64,000 bases of DNA from Malacoraja senta (Eukaryota), in NCBI GenBank assembly GCA_038087875.1, contig CM075987.1, positions 19,096,001-19,160,000 of the forward strand, read 5' to 3'. A program made the translations under genes and the position numbers. The notes below the pieces were generated by a model. It saw only the letters and a program-made list of their open reading frames with translations. It did not search any database and had not been told where the DNA came from. This document shows positions 25,711-38,939 of this stretch, piece by piece. How positions within the stretch are numbered: the first letter of the stretch is position 1; every line of letters begins with the position of its first letter.

Positions 25711-27094
25711 CGTCCATAAGGTCATCCATCACTTGAAGGGAAAAAGCCCCACTTTTAGCTGTTTCAGACTGCCAGCAATTCCTCTTTCTTGATGTAAATA
25801 TTTCAAAACATCACAATTATCTTCCCTGAATTCCCCAGCTTCCATTACTTCATGGTAAATTCAGATGAAAAATGTTATTTTAAGATTTGTTTCTTCTCTT
25901 TTCAATCACAAATGCATGGCTTGTATTTTCGGGAAACATCCCCTTTGTATCTCCCCTGCTGAGCCTTCTAAGAATTGTGAACCTTTCAATTATGTCATTT
26001 CTTGTCCTTCCTCAGCGTTTCTGTTTTTATGGCCAAAGGAGACAACCTCACATTGAACGACATTGTCATTCTATCTGCCATGTTATTGCCTATTCAGCTT
26101 TTCTATATTCTTAAAAGTCTCTCTGCATCCTAATGATCATTGATACTCCCCATCTGGTATTGTGTCATCAGCAAATGTTTGGCCTTCTCTGCCAAATTGT
26201 TGATGTCGATTAAAAACCGTTGGAGTTGTGGTATCTGCAAAGTTCACTGCCTCCCAACCAAAGAAAGACCAGTTTATTCCTGCTCTTGGTTTTAAAAATA
26301 TTGATTAACTCTCAATGCAAATTGGTAAATTATCCCCAATTCAGTGTGCTGCAACTTCATTCTGCAATCTTCTGGGGGAAATCTTATTTAAAACCAACAG
26401 GAAATCTAATTACACCACATCCACTTGTTTCACCCCACCTCCTTGTCCACTCTACATTCTTGAAGAATTCCAGCAGATGACTTAAACATGATTTCCCTTT
26501 TATGATTTGTTGTTGTTGGTGGTTTTTCTCAGTCTCTCTTATTTTATGAATGTCTTATCTCATCCTTGATTTATGGCGTCATGATGGGCACCATTGATCA
26601 AACTGAAGATTACATTTAGAGTTGAGAGAAGATTTATGAACCCCAACCAGCCCAGGTAAAAGCAGTCAGGTACCACTACCAAATAATATATTTACAGCTG
26701 TAATGCTTTGGAGAGTATTGTGGTGTGTGTTTGAGAATATGGTGGGATAATTCAAGACCCTTTGAAGTTTATTGCCATATGCACAAAATCTTACTTCCAG
26801 CAGTATTCACAGACCAATAGACTCAGACAACACAATATATTCTACATAAAGTTTACAAGACAGCAAAAGGAAAAAGACTACGCAAATGAAAAAAGGCAAG
26901 AACACAATTAGAAAACAAGTCCATGGTAGTGCAAATGGTAGTCTGTTGTGTTCTGTTATTGAGGTATGATTACCCAGGGGCGGAAATTGCTCCATGAAAC
27001 ATGGGGGGGACACACACAGATTCTTGGTGCGCGTGAGGCTTCGGAGCCTTCAGCCGTGGGCCCTGTGGATGGTAACATCGGGAGCTGACCTGTT

Positions 27095-27268
27095 TAAGAA
27101 GGAACTGCAGATGCTGGAAAAATCTAAGGTAGATAAAAATGCTGGAGAAACTCGGTGGGTGAGGCAGCATCTATGGAGTGTCTGAAGAAGGGTCTCGACC
27201 TGAAACGTCACCTATTCCTTCGCTCCATCGACGCTACCGCACCTGCTGAGTTTCTCCATCATTTTTAT
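27095..27268. mobile_element. Palindromic PLE-derived short element
   Basis: Arms aaaaatgctggagaaactc.. / ..gagtttctccatcattttt enclose a hammerhead core. Confidence 0.8.
27180..27212 (+). ncRNA. Minimal type I hammerhead ribozyme-like motif (activity untested)
   Basis: gt-CTGAAGA-a-GGGT-ctcg-ACCT-GAAAC-GTC-ac: conserved core, stem II, palindromic minimal stem III and GUC triplet. Confidence 0.6.
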
Positions 27269-27269
27269 G

Positions 27270-28937
27270 AGCTAAATTATGACCAAAAAAAGATCTCAAG
27301 TACAATAGAAATTAAAACTAAATGCATAGGTAGTTAAATTTGCCACAAAAGTACATACCTAAAATGTATTAATAACTTGTCCTTAGGAACAGAATTGCTT
27401 CTGTCAGATCCTCTTTCATTGAAGCCCTTCAATCTGATTTAATTATTTTCAGTGCAGAGAACAGTCACTCCACGCTGACCTGAGTGGGTGGTGTGGCTGT
27501 TACTATCATAGCTGCAAATTTGACTATTTCTGGATAAGCAGGGATGACTTCTTGTACTACAAGTTTAGATGAGCGATCATATTTCTCTACTTCTTTCAAA
27601 CCACCAAGAAAATCTTGCTTAAATTCCAATAGTTTAACATCAAAAGGCTGCATTCGCACGTTTAAACGGGAACGCTTTGCTCTTGACTGTTCAATTTTAT
27701 CTAAATATTTTGCAATATCTGACCATCATTTTAAGAGGATGAGAAGGATTTGGTACTCCCATCTTCATTTTGTGTTTCTGACTTTTCAGGTAGTAGCCCT
27801 TTTATCCAAACTGCGACATCACAGAGTGCCTATTTTGCTTTGGCAATTTGATCTTCACTCAACAAGATTCGGTTCATTGGATCTATGTAGATAGCAGCTA
27901 ACAAGATCTGATTTTCAAGTAGCAGACCCTCTCTTTTCTTCATTGACGATACAATTCTTTCAGCAATTCATCCTCCAGCTTTGGATAGGTGAAATATTAA
28001 ATGTTTCCACTCCCATAGGAATGTACCAGGAGTTAAATCCTCTGCTTGCAGCTTTTTGGTGACTGCATGAGGGTGAGCAAGCAGAGCTTCTAATTGTGAT
28101 ACTAACCTCCATTGAATTTTAGTCAGTAAGACACTGGGATTATCAATGTCTTCTAGAAAGGGTTTTAGGTCATGCAAACGCTTAACCATCTTATATGTGC
28201 TGCCCCAGAGAGTTGCTTGGTCCAAAATAGCTCCCTTTCCTGCACATCTCTGGAGGATAGCATCAATTTTAGAGGTCCTGGCTACTGTGGCAACTTGCCT
28301 CCCCTTACCTATCAGAGTAGCTGGATGGCGTTCTTTCAATCCATCTCTTATTGCTAGTTGCAATGTATGTACAGCACAACGCATATGTTGGATTAGACAG
28401 AGCTGAGATACCTCCTCAACAATATCATCTGACGTTTCATCATTATGTTCTATTTCTGCTGTTTCAGTTTCAGAATATCCCTTTCAGTAGTGACTTTTTC
28501 TTCTTCAACTTTATTCATCTTTTCTATTGTGCTTAGCATATTTGAAGCATTATCAGTGACGATGCATGGAATCTGGTCTTTCTTAATTTCAAAATCTTTC
28601 AAAATTTCTTCCACTACGTTCTGGAGTTAAATGTTCTCATGATGTGCATTGGTGTCCTTTACTCCTAATGTCCGAGTTACTATTTTATTGTTTTCATCAA
28701 CAAATCTAGCATTGATGGCAAAATAGTTAACTCTGTGACTATTGGCACACGGCAGATGGCAGCACCGATGTGATTTCTTATTCTCTCGGGTGGAAATAAA
28801 GTGTGCGGTTTGTTTAAAAAGCGGGATTTGTTTTCTGATTTACGTAGTCTCTGAAATTTATGTTGAGGTCTAAGTCGGGACTTTTTTACCGACTCCTGCT
28901 CCGACTCCGACTCGACGACTCCAACTCCACAGCCCGG
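27270..28937 (-). mobile_element. hAT transposon remnant with internal deletion and decayed transposase
   Basis: RCAVHTLQLAI, DQATLWGSTY, TPPTQVSVE (hAT dimerisation region); terminus c(a/c)gggctgtggagt.. at 28937 with ccgact subterminal repeats; other terminus not found. Confidence 0.88.
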
Positions 28938-30409
28938 GTGCTTAGTCAAGCATGCGTTCGTGCACACAACACTTGCAGCAATTGTGTATGCATCTGGCTG
29001 GATTAATTTCTATTGTATTGTACAATGAACTATTCCAGCAGCCAAAATCTTGTACTGTATTCCTTTCAGATGGAACAAAGCTCTATGCAGCAAATATGTC
29101 AAGCATCTAATTGAACATTTATTGTCTAATTTATTCATGTTTTTGGCACAGTAATGAACTTTAACAATCGCAGTTACATGTATTTATGAAGCGCCACTGC
29201 GTAATAAAATATCGCAAAATGCTTCACAATGTGCTTATCAAATAAGAATTTGGCAGAGTTCCACCCTCACTGATTATTGGATGTTATATTAGCTGTTCTG
29301 ACAAACCTAATTGAATAGCCTCAAAGTTCATATTGAGTGAGATCACTCAGGGTTGCATGAGATTGAGCAGATGACCAAAGATGATTGTTTGGTTGATAGA
29401 ACAAGAAAGCAGATACATTAGCATTCGACGAGAGGAATCCATTAACAATATCGGCTAACGTTGCAACAAAAAGAAAATTGGTGGTCCGTGGTTTGATTGA
29501 AAGAGCATGAGTCTCATGTTTTGAACTTGGAGCAAGCATATAAGGAGTTCAGAGTGGATCTTGAGGAAAATGTGATTGGGGAGCAAGAAACATGGAAAGG
29601 TATGGACGTGAACTATGAGAAATGGGGTTGTGATAGGCCAGTACGAATCTTAGAAACAATGAGAACTCTTATTATTAAAAGTGGTGTCTGAAGGAGAAAC
29701 AAATAGCTCAAGAAATCAACTTGTGGCAATAAGAAAAATTCTTTCAAATCCTTTGATCTTGGAATAATGCAGTTTTAGTAAAAGGAAAGCATGTGGCAAC
29801 GTGGTCCAGTCAAATCTGACATTGATGCCGAACCGATTTTCTGCTGGAGATATTTCAACCCTTAATCCTTTGATTTCAGAACATAGGGTAAAGGTAGACC
29901 TTGAAATGTGATGATAAGTTTTTTTTATTAGAGACAAAGAGCATCTTAGGGTTGTGATTCACCAGATCACTAGCTGCAGTGATATGGTTAGAGGACTGAA
30001 GGCTTGAAAACTGGCATTTTGGAAGTTATTTCAGGGGAAGCTTGTTCCAGAGCCATACCCAGAGAATTGGTGTTTGGAGAATTAGGATATGAGGTACAGG
30101 AGTAGACAGTAAAACATGAAAAAAAAACCAAGTCATTTCATTTTATAGTTCTAATGATAGTAGAAGGGCCAGGTTAAATGGTAAGATTAATGGGATGGCT
30201 TTGACTCTGGAGGGAAGAGATCGTAAATAATTGGACAATCAATGAGAGGAGAAAGGATTTGAAAGGTTGAGTAAATGGTTGAAATTGTCTTGAGTGAGTA
30301 ACCATTCAATGGTGGTTGAGCAAAGAAAGCAGAACAAAGTAAATCCATCTACAAACGTGGCATGAGATGTTTGTAGATGGTAAAGATCGATTTGATGTCC
30401 TGATGTCTT

Positions 30410-30600
30410 CATATATTATTGACAGAGGAATACCACTGTTCAAGACACCAGGAATAATTCCTGTGTCAATCTTAAAAATACTGCCATAGAATCTATTACA
30501 CTCTTTTGGAGAGGATAGACAGGACTTTGGCTGAACATCTTATTTGAAAAAGCATTTTGTTAATATTGTGTAGAATTCTTCACTCTCCATCATTGGACTA
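30410..30600 (-). mobile_element. Ancient Deu-domain SINE fragment
   Basis: caagacaccaggaataattcctg..cttaaaaatactgccatagaatct is a degenerate reverse complement of the Deu core. Confidence 0.45.
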
Positions 30601-31149
30601 CCATCAAACATTATTCCAAATAGAGCACCACCATATCTTTATACAGTTCAAAGGAAATTTGGGGGAATATTATTGTTATTCATGATTGAAATACAGCATG
30701 AGGTAAAGGGGTTTGAGTTCAAATTGAGTCAAGAGATCTCATAAATGTAAGAAGAGCTTTTTAATCATTCATCTTGGTTGAAGAAAATTGACGTCTTCTC
30801 TAAATTTAGCTTTGACGAATAAGTGGCTCTTTCTTGCCTTTTTTTTTAAAAACTCTGTGGTTTTCCTCGTGTTGGGCATTCAGTTCAAAATACAATCAGA
30901 ACCTGATAAACTTTGCACTTTGTCATTTGTTCGCTCAGAAATTTTGTGTTTGAAACCAAATTTATATCGGATTAAGATTATTAAACACTGCAGACAAAGA
31001 TGTTCTTATGTTTTCAGCTCATACATGGCTTCTTTTAAACCCTTGGGGCATGTTTTCAATCAGCAATTCTATTTTGATAAAGCAGATGAAGGCTTACACT
31101 TCTGAAACCATATCCTGTTCAAATTCGGCTGTCCATTCTTTTTCTGCTA

Positions 31150-31550
31150 TTCACAATGTCTTATTACCAAAGACGCGTCCAACCCTGATCATACCTTCTC
31201 CTCTTCTCTGATCCTGTCTGGCAGAAGGTACAGAAGCTTGAAAGTGTGCACAACCAGACTCGGGAACAGCTTCTTCCCCTCTGTTATTAGGCTTCTGAAC
31301 AGTCCTTCCATGAACTAGGGTACTGTTTGATTCACCACAATTCCATTGTGGACATTGGACTCTTGTCTCTGGAACTGATGTGCTACAGTGCTGAGAACTA
31401 CATTCTGCACTTTGTAATTTCCCCATTGCTCTATCTATTGTACTTAAAGTTTGACTTGATTTTATTTATGTATAACATATCTCTTCTGTTTGGATAGCAT
31501 GCACCCTGTACCTCGTACCCTAAACCGTGTGACAATAATAAACCTAAACC
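31150..31550 (+). mobile_element. Rex1/Babar LINE 3' end
   Basis: SGRRYRSLKVCTTRLGNSFFPSVIRLLN and tgtgacaataataaacct tail. Confidence 0.8.
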
Positions 31551-33500
31551 TCCCTTTCGCGTTGTTACTTATTTTTCATCGTGTACATCTTCCACCATGA
31601 ACCTTCAAGTATAGTCTATTTTAACCTTGTGTTCTGTCCTGGACCTGTGTGCATTCCTACATTCCCTTCTTTTCTCAATCTAAAACTACTGATACCTTTC
31701 TGTTTGCAGTGATCTTCTTGAATCCCTCAGTTTTTCTTTCCCTCATCTCTCCCCGTTCACTTTCAAAAGATTCTGTAAAAGCTTATCTCTTGTTGAAGAA
31801 AGCTTTCTGTCTACTTTTAGTTCTCTCTCTCTCTCTCTCTCTCTCTCGTCTTTTGCTTGAGACCACAACACCTTCCGTCACTATCTCTCACCTTAAATGT
31901 TGACATGCTTAATTAACTTAGAAGTGCAAGATAAATTTGTTGGCGTCTCCATGTTAAATATTCAATGGTCTGTTCATACACGAGTACACGCTTTCTAGTG
32001 TGTGTGTGTGTGAGAGTGTAAAACATGAGGGGGGGGGTTCAGTCATTGCCATTTCAGAAGTTGGATGACATTTTTGCCTCTTTTCCTTTGTCACTTTATT
32101 TCTTAGATTCAACCTGCTTTAACCCATCCTTGTTTCTCCAAGCTTTATATTGCCTCTGTAAACCTAAGGGGAAAGAAAGGCAAACTTGTGCTGCTCCATT
32201 GATGATTCAAACTTTTTTTTTTTCCTTGGTTTCCTGGCCAATATTTATTATTATTCCTTTATTTATAAATTAACATCATTAAAATCAGACTATTTGGTCA
32301 TTATGAAGTTTCTTACTGTACATTAACCTGCATATTTTTAAATTGTGACAATGCCTTTTTCTCTTCCATAGTATTTTGTTCATTGTAATATGCTAATGAT
32401 AAACTGAAGGCTTGAAAGGACTGTACATATGCAAGTCTTTTTAACTTGTAATGTGTGTGGTTGTGCATAGACATGTATTTATAGTCTCCTAAATTATATT
32501 TATGCTCCTTCTGAATGCCAAAAAACACATTTTGACCATTTCAAAAACATTCTAAGCGTAAGTGATAAATTATTACTTGGATCACATGACCTAATTTGAA
32601 AGCATAAATTTGCCAATCAAATCTCAGTAGTGGTTTCTGTGGAGCTACAGCAATAAGCAAAGCAGTTATTTAAAGCAGCATGATACAGGAGAACGTACAT
32701 TCTGACTTCAACGTGTAACAGGAAGCCAGCAGGGCCTGAGAATAATCCTTTGAACATGATATGGCTTGCCTAACTCCTCACCCTGCAGAATTGTGGAAAC
32801 ATTATCTTGGAGGCTCTGATAATGTGTATCTTTGCTTTCAAAGAAGGTATGTCACAATGCAAATGATATGTACTTTTAAACAATAAATGTAGTAGTCTAT
32901 GGATGCTTCTGAATGTATTTGATGCCGAGGTCTAGCGTTATCTTCATAGACTGATGTGGATCTGTTAGGATCATGACCATTTGTATTCTTGTTTGCTGCT
33001 AGATTTGTGCATATGAGCTTGAAATTAAATGGAAATCTACACACTGGGTGTATCTAGCACAGATAGAAAAAGAGCATAATATTTGAGGAAAGATGAGGTC
33101 TTGAAGTGAGCAAGTCATTTCTTTTTAAAATACATGCCCCCAGCTGTGGTACAGTTGTGGGAAATTGCTTTACTTCAGAAATAGAATTTGCATAAATAGT
33201 AACTGAAAATTCTTGTACATTTTTATAAAAGCATAATTAAGGGCATAATTGTAGTATCAAGCTCTCCTACTTTTATTCTACATTTGTACTTTACGGATAA
33301 TTTATTTTATAAAATGATTATTTCAAGGTTTTCCATCGAGATTTCTCTGCCTTCTGGGTCAGCATAAGCTTTTCAATCCAGGGATGAATACAAGCCAAGG
33401 AATCTTAGATCTCTTTAATGCCCAGTTTGTTTTGGAACTTGGTTTCGGTTGCAGTTTTAGTTGGAATTTTATTTGTTATCATTACTGATTTTAGTTGGGA

Positions 33501-33570
33501 TAAGTCAAGTCACTTTTATTTCTATAGCACATTTTAAAAACATCTCTCGTTGGCCAAAGTGCTTTACATT
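33501..33570 (-). mobile_element. L2 LINE extreme 3' tail
   Basis: aagtcaagtcacttttatttctatagcaca..caaagtgctttaca. Confidence 0.6.
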
Positions 33571-33974
33571 AGAAACTGCTTTGATGAGCGAGAATGATTT
33601 ATTTACAGTCTAGATGCGCTGTTGATGCAAAAGTGGGAAAAAGTATCAAAAGTGTTGAATCTGACTTTTTTTTAACCAGACTACAAACCATTTTAAAGTT
33701 CTGATCTAGTCAGCCATTTCAAACACAGTGGATAGGTTTTCCTGCTTAGAGAGATTTAGGTGATTGAAATAATCAAATACATCTGCCAGATATGCAAGCT
33801 TAGCACGATGTTGGAAATTGTGAAACTATTCTACCAAGGCAGAAAGCTTCAAGTTCACATTGCATTTCAGTCAGTTTCAAACTTTCCAAGGGGGAAAATA
33901 TCACACTTCAGCAAATAAAAGTAGGTGATGGTCACCTGCAATTCCATTTCACTGCAGCATAGGCGTGACAACTG

Positions 33975-34140
33975 AGAAAACGTTGCGGTCGAGACCCTTC
34001 TTCAGACGAAGTCTGGTATGAAGAATGGTCTCTACCCGAAACATCACCCATTCTTTCTTTCCAGAGACGCCTGTCCCGCTGAGTTACTCCAGCATTTTGT
34101 GTCCATCTTCAGTGTAAACCAGCATCTGCAGTTCTTTCCA
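33975..34140. mobile_element. PLE-derived short element with two head-to-head decayed hammerhead cores
   Basis: ggtcgagacccttcttcagac (minus) next to atgaagaatggtctctacccgaaacatc (plus). Confidence 0.7.
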
Positions 34141-34854
34141 ACGTTATTCATAGTTTTAATTATGTGACAAAGTGGTTGTTAAAGCTCGAGAGGCAATTGC
34201 TTGGCTATCAATATCTCTGCATGAATGCAGCAATTTGTTGCTTCAGCATCTGGTGCATTTTCTCTCCCTCTGGCCACGGCACCTAAATGTCCACGTCATT
34301 GCAGCTGCTCACCAGTGCACATCCCTGTTTAGTCTGAAGAAGGGTCCCAACCCAAATTCTCCAGAGATGCTGCCTGCGGGCTGTGTTACTCCAGCCATTT
34401 TTGTCTATCCTCCAGCATCATCCTTTGGAATCCATGCCCTAAATATATTTTGTGCTTAATTCAACATATTCAACATATTTCAGCATCAGTCGTTTTTTTC
34501 TGGCAGTTCTTCACAGTGCAGTAAATCTAAATGGAAGGCCCCTTCAAAGTCGTGTAAACTGACTCGTCCAACTGCATTGCAAACTCGCCTGATATCCCAG
34601 CAGTTGTTTAAGATTACAATATTAGTGATTCAATGTGAGACAATAAGATTTGACAAAGAAATTTTGATAATTTTCTCAGTATTTATTACCCAAAGATGAA
34701 TGATGGATATGTATTATTGAAGGCATTATTGTCATCATCTATTGTAAGGGGTGATTTACATTTGGCAGTCTAGTGAGCCGGGAGATCAGCTTTTGATGTA
34801 ACTTCATTTGTCATTATCGCAGAATGTATCTTTGGTTGAGGTGCCACTTGATCA

Positions 34855-35292
34855 CAGGGCTTCCACACCTCAATTTTTTTTTCCTGAAATAGAATTCCAA
34901 ATTACCTGGAATTTGATGGTATTTCCCGGCCCAGTAAGCCTTCCCCAACTGGACATGTGCGATATCGGGCCCACTGCGCATGCGCGGGGAGACCGCGTCA
35001 CCGGCGCCATTTTCAATTGTGACGCGGCTGACGGGCCTCCCCCAACTGCGCAGGCGCGGATGGTCGTAAATATACAGGTACATACTTTTTTCCCCGCAAA
35101 TCACCCCGCGGGCCTGATTGGACCCCTTCGCGTCCGCACATGCGCAGTTGGGGCGGCAGTCGCACATGCGCTGTTGGGGAAGGCTTACCGGGCTGGGAAA
35201 TTTCCCGAAATTATTTCATTTCCCTAAAATTACCTGAAGACAACCAGAATTTCCCTAAATTTCGGGTAATTTCCTTCAAAGTGGAAACACTG
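34855..35292. mobile_element. hAT-type MITE
   Basis: Ends CAGGGCTTCCAC / GTGGAAACACTG; 8 bp TSD cttgatca / ctttatca (7 of 8 match); internally palindromic. Confidence 0.82.
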
Positions 35293-35904
35293 CTTTATCA
35301 TGCTACTGGTGGAAAAATCACACTTGCTTTTGTTTTAAATTTGTCTGTTCTCAGGGTAGTGAATCATTTGGTAAAGTTTCATGGTATTATTTTTAAGAAT
35401 TGCACAGCTCTGGTTTGTGACATTTTTCTTAGGGGACGGGAAAAACAATCCTTATTTTATGTTATCTAGTGCGTATTTCCTGTTGCAGGCCAAACACTTC
35501 CTCCTCTGTTCTATGATGTCATTCGTGTCTCATTTCTGTAATTTCCCAAGGTGGTTACTGGCTGTCAAGGATCAAGGATCTGCTCTATGGAATTTAATGC
35601 TCAAATATTGGTGGGTACATGTGAAGTGGCACTAAACACATGCACTATCTGTCCTGTCATGCTCACAATTGGACTCTTGGCTCACAGCTTCCCAACTTGT
35701 TTCTTGGCCACTCTGTACCTCCCTCCCATATTTCTGGCTATATTCTGACTTCCAATTCCCAATCTCAGCCACTGACCTGGTAGATGCACCCATTCCCAAG
35801 TTCCAGCCATGTTTCTGTCCACATTCCTGGCTCCAGGTCTCCAGTTCTTATTTAAAAATCATTATATTCATCATTTTACTTGCGTGTTTAGTGCTAGATT
35901 TTGG

Positions 35905-36075
35905 TCCACTTGAGTGGGCATAAAAGATCTCTGCTTATCTTCTTTCTAGAAAGACAACACTTTGTCAATGTAGGACTTCCTCAGTGTAGGCCAAGATGTT
36001 TATGCAAAAGTGGAGGTGTGAACCCATCACCTGCTGACACAGGCAAAGTTGCGCTCGGAACCAAGCTAGACACTC
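35905..36075 (-). mobile_element. Ancient Deu-domain SINE 5' part
   Basis: gaaagacaacactttgtcaatgtaggacttcctcagtg and a decayed tRNA-like head tgaacccatcacctgctgacacaggc. Confidence 0.4.
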
Positions 36076-36477
36076 TTTCAGCAGATAAAATATGTTTGTC
36101 CTTTTATTTCAGAAATCGCACAAAAGTAATTTGGGGAGACTGATGATGTGCAGTTTGTATTTCCTTAACTATATATGCCATTGAGGTAGGGTCGGGGGGA
36201 GTTCCCCCCACCACGGGTACCATGTAATCCCGTGCTACCCGCTCCATGGTCGGATAGTCAGCGACTAAACCGTCTCCCCCACCTTGTTTGCCAGGTGAGG
36301 AGGGGGCTATGGACCAGCAGGACCAAAAACAAGATCTGTCAAAGGGCGGATGAGCTTCTAGCGAGCCAACAGCCATTCACACTTCAGTAGAAGTTGCGAC
36401 CACGGGGGAACAATGGAGGAGGACTGACTGTACTTTGTGTCTTCCACCACAGTGAAGAATGCTGTGGTGGATGTTTG

Positions 36478-36975
36478 TGAGTGGCACAGTGGGGCAGCTG
36501 GTAGATCTGCACCTGACAGCTCAAGACCCAGGTTCAAACTTGATCTCTAGGGCTAACAGTGTAGAGTTTTCACATTCTCCACGTTTCATCCTATACCCCA
36601 AGTTGTAGGGAATTGGCTATTGTAAATTTCACCCGAGTATGTAGATGGAAATGTAGAGAGAATAAAATGGGATTAGTGCAGGGCAGGATAGAATGTATGG
36701 GTACTTGATGGAAGTGGAAACCAGTGGAAACATCCTTTCCACATCCACTCTATATTTGCTTTTCATTATTCTGTAAGTTTCAATGAGCTCCCCCCTCAAC
36801 CTTCTAAACTCCAGCGAGTAAAGGCGCAGTGCTGTCAAACACTCATTATATGATAACCCACCATTCCTGGAATCATTCCTGTAAACCACCTCTGAAGCCT
36901 CTCCAGAGTCAGCACATCCTTCCTCAGAGATTGGGCCCATATTTGCTCACAGTACTCCAAATGCGGCCTGACCAG
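36478..36975. mobile_element. Old V-SINE (+, about 36478-36715) joined to a CR1 fragment (-, about 36720-36975)
   Basis: ggcacagtggggcagctggtaga..ggttcaaac tRNA head; ORF 36629-36940 LYSLEFRRLRGELIETY. Confidence 0.72.
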
Positions 36976-38165
36976 TGGACTTGGTGGGCCACGAGACCTA
37001 TTATTTCTATCGTCTCTCTTTTAAAAAAAAAAAATCCAGGCAATTGTTGGCCGCATAATTTTCAAGGGTATTTGCCCTTTGAGTTGCTAATATTCCCAAT
37101 GGGATTTGGACTTTGATAGGCGTTTCAAAATCAAAATTGTTTAAAAAAAAAAAGGAATCAGAAAGGTTTTGTGAAATATTGCAACCAGTTTAAATGCACT
37201 CTTGACACAATGTTGACATTCTGAACGTTGAATCCTACAATCTCTGTTCACGGCTCCACGGTGAGCCACGTGATGATTTGAGCATAATATAGTCATCCTT
37301 TGACGAAACGAGTGCTGTGGACCAACAGACTCAAACATCCAAGAGGATATGCAGAAGGATGTGGTGCTGATGCATGCAACTACTGTAAGGACTCCAAGGG
37401 GAACAGTTACAGTTATGGGTGGCATAGTGGGGCATCTTCTATAGCTGCAGCTTCAGAGCTCAAGAGTCCCATGTTCAATCCTAATGTCCAGTGATAACTG
37501 CAAAGTTTGCACATTCACCAGAAATTGGTTCTGTTGCTGCTTTAAAACAAAATCTGGTCGGTATTTTTTGAAGAGCAGTAACGTTCTCAGTCTCCTGACC
37601 AATACCTCACACCTCACCAAACAGGTTTGAATCTATTTGAATGGTTTTATCGTATGGCCTTTGTCCCATATAGTCTTACCTTGCCAAACAGCCTTGTTTG
37701 TCCTGCCCCTCCCCCTACCCTCAACTTACTCCCTAAGCTAACTTCCAGTCCTAGTATAATGAAAATAAGTTTTAAAGAAACCACAATTACATTGCTGACC
37801 CTGTGGTTTTCCTCGCAGGTTACTTTAGCCTGGGGATTAACATTGCATTCCTAACATCTGTCTCCAAGAGATTCCTACAACATTTTGGACAACCTAATTC
37901 CTGTTTGTGTGACACTGCCCTGTCACCTTTCAGCAAAGGTAAGCTTCATATCTTGCATTTCCTCACAAGTGCTTTGGGAACGTAAGTTCAAATACATATG
38001 CATGTGTATTAGGAAGATAAATGATTCACTGACATTTAACACTGGAGGATTTTAAATTCAGGTTCGGGAGGTCTTACTGCAATTAAATGGAACATTGATG
38101 TGATCACATCTGGAATGTTGTACACAACTTTCCAACTCGTTGTCTAAATATGACTATTTACTACA

Positions 38166-38530
38166 GTCAAGTCAAGTGAGTTTATTGTCATGTGTCCCTG
38201 ATAGGACAATGAAATTCTTGCTTTGCCTCAGCACACAGAACATAGTAGGCATTTACTACAAAACAGATCAGTGTGTCCATATACCATAATATAAATATAT
38301 ACACACATGAATAAATAGACTGATAAAGTGCAGATAATGGGTTATTAATAATCAGAATTTTGTCCGAGCCAGGTTTAATAGCCTGATGATGGCTGTGGGG
38401 AAGTAGCTATTCCTGAACCTGGTTGTTGCAGTCTTCAGGCTCCTGTACCTTCTACCTGAAGGTGTGGCCAGGATGGTGTGGGTCTTTGATGACACTGCCA
38501 GCCTTTTTGAGGCAGTGACTGCGATACAGA
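38166..38530 (-). mobile_element. Rex1/Babar LINE 3' end
   Basis: PSGRRYRSLKTATTRFRNSYFPTAIIRLLN; (gtcaa)n tail. Confidence 0.82.
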
Positions 38531-38939
38531 GGGTGTGCAATGAAGATTATCACACTGTTCGTGGGATGCTATTCAATCAAATGAGGAGAGACTGAGCAGG
38601 TTAAGGAGAATGAGAATCCCCCCTAATTGCTTCAAATGCAAAGGGAAACTATATTAATTCTTGAAGTAGGAAAGAGGATTGTTGTACATTGTTGTTTGTA
38701 CTATACAGTGGAGCAAGAAATAGTCAATGCTGAACTGTGCTTGGAGACCTTGTTGTCTCCTGTTGGGTGTAATTTTGCACAATAGCTTCTAGCCAAAATG
38801 TCTCAAGGTTTTCAGTGTTGCTGTTCAACTAAATTCTGTCTGCAAAATATTGGTGCAGGTGTGAAAATGAGTTAATGCAATGGTGCACAAATAAAATAAA
38901 GAGATTTATTCTGGAAAATAAAATAAAGAGATTTATACT

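Noticed and set aside
34808-35227. 139 aa and 117 aa ORFs
   Set aside because: They span a palindromic MITE and have no recognisable domain
38890-38938. Direct repeat aaataaaataaagagatttat as the TSD of the adjacent CR1
   Set aside because: Both copies lie on the same (5') side, so it is a local tandem duplication
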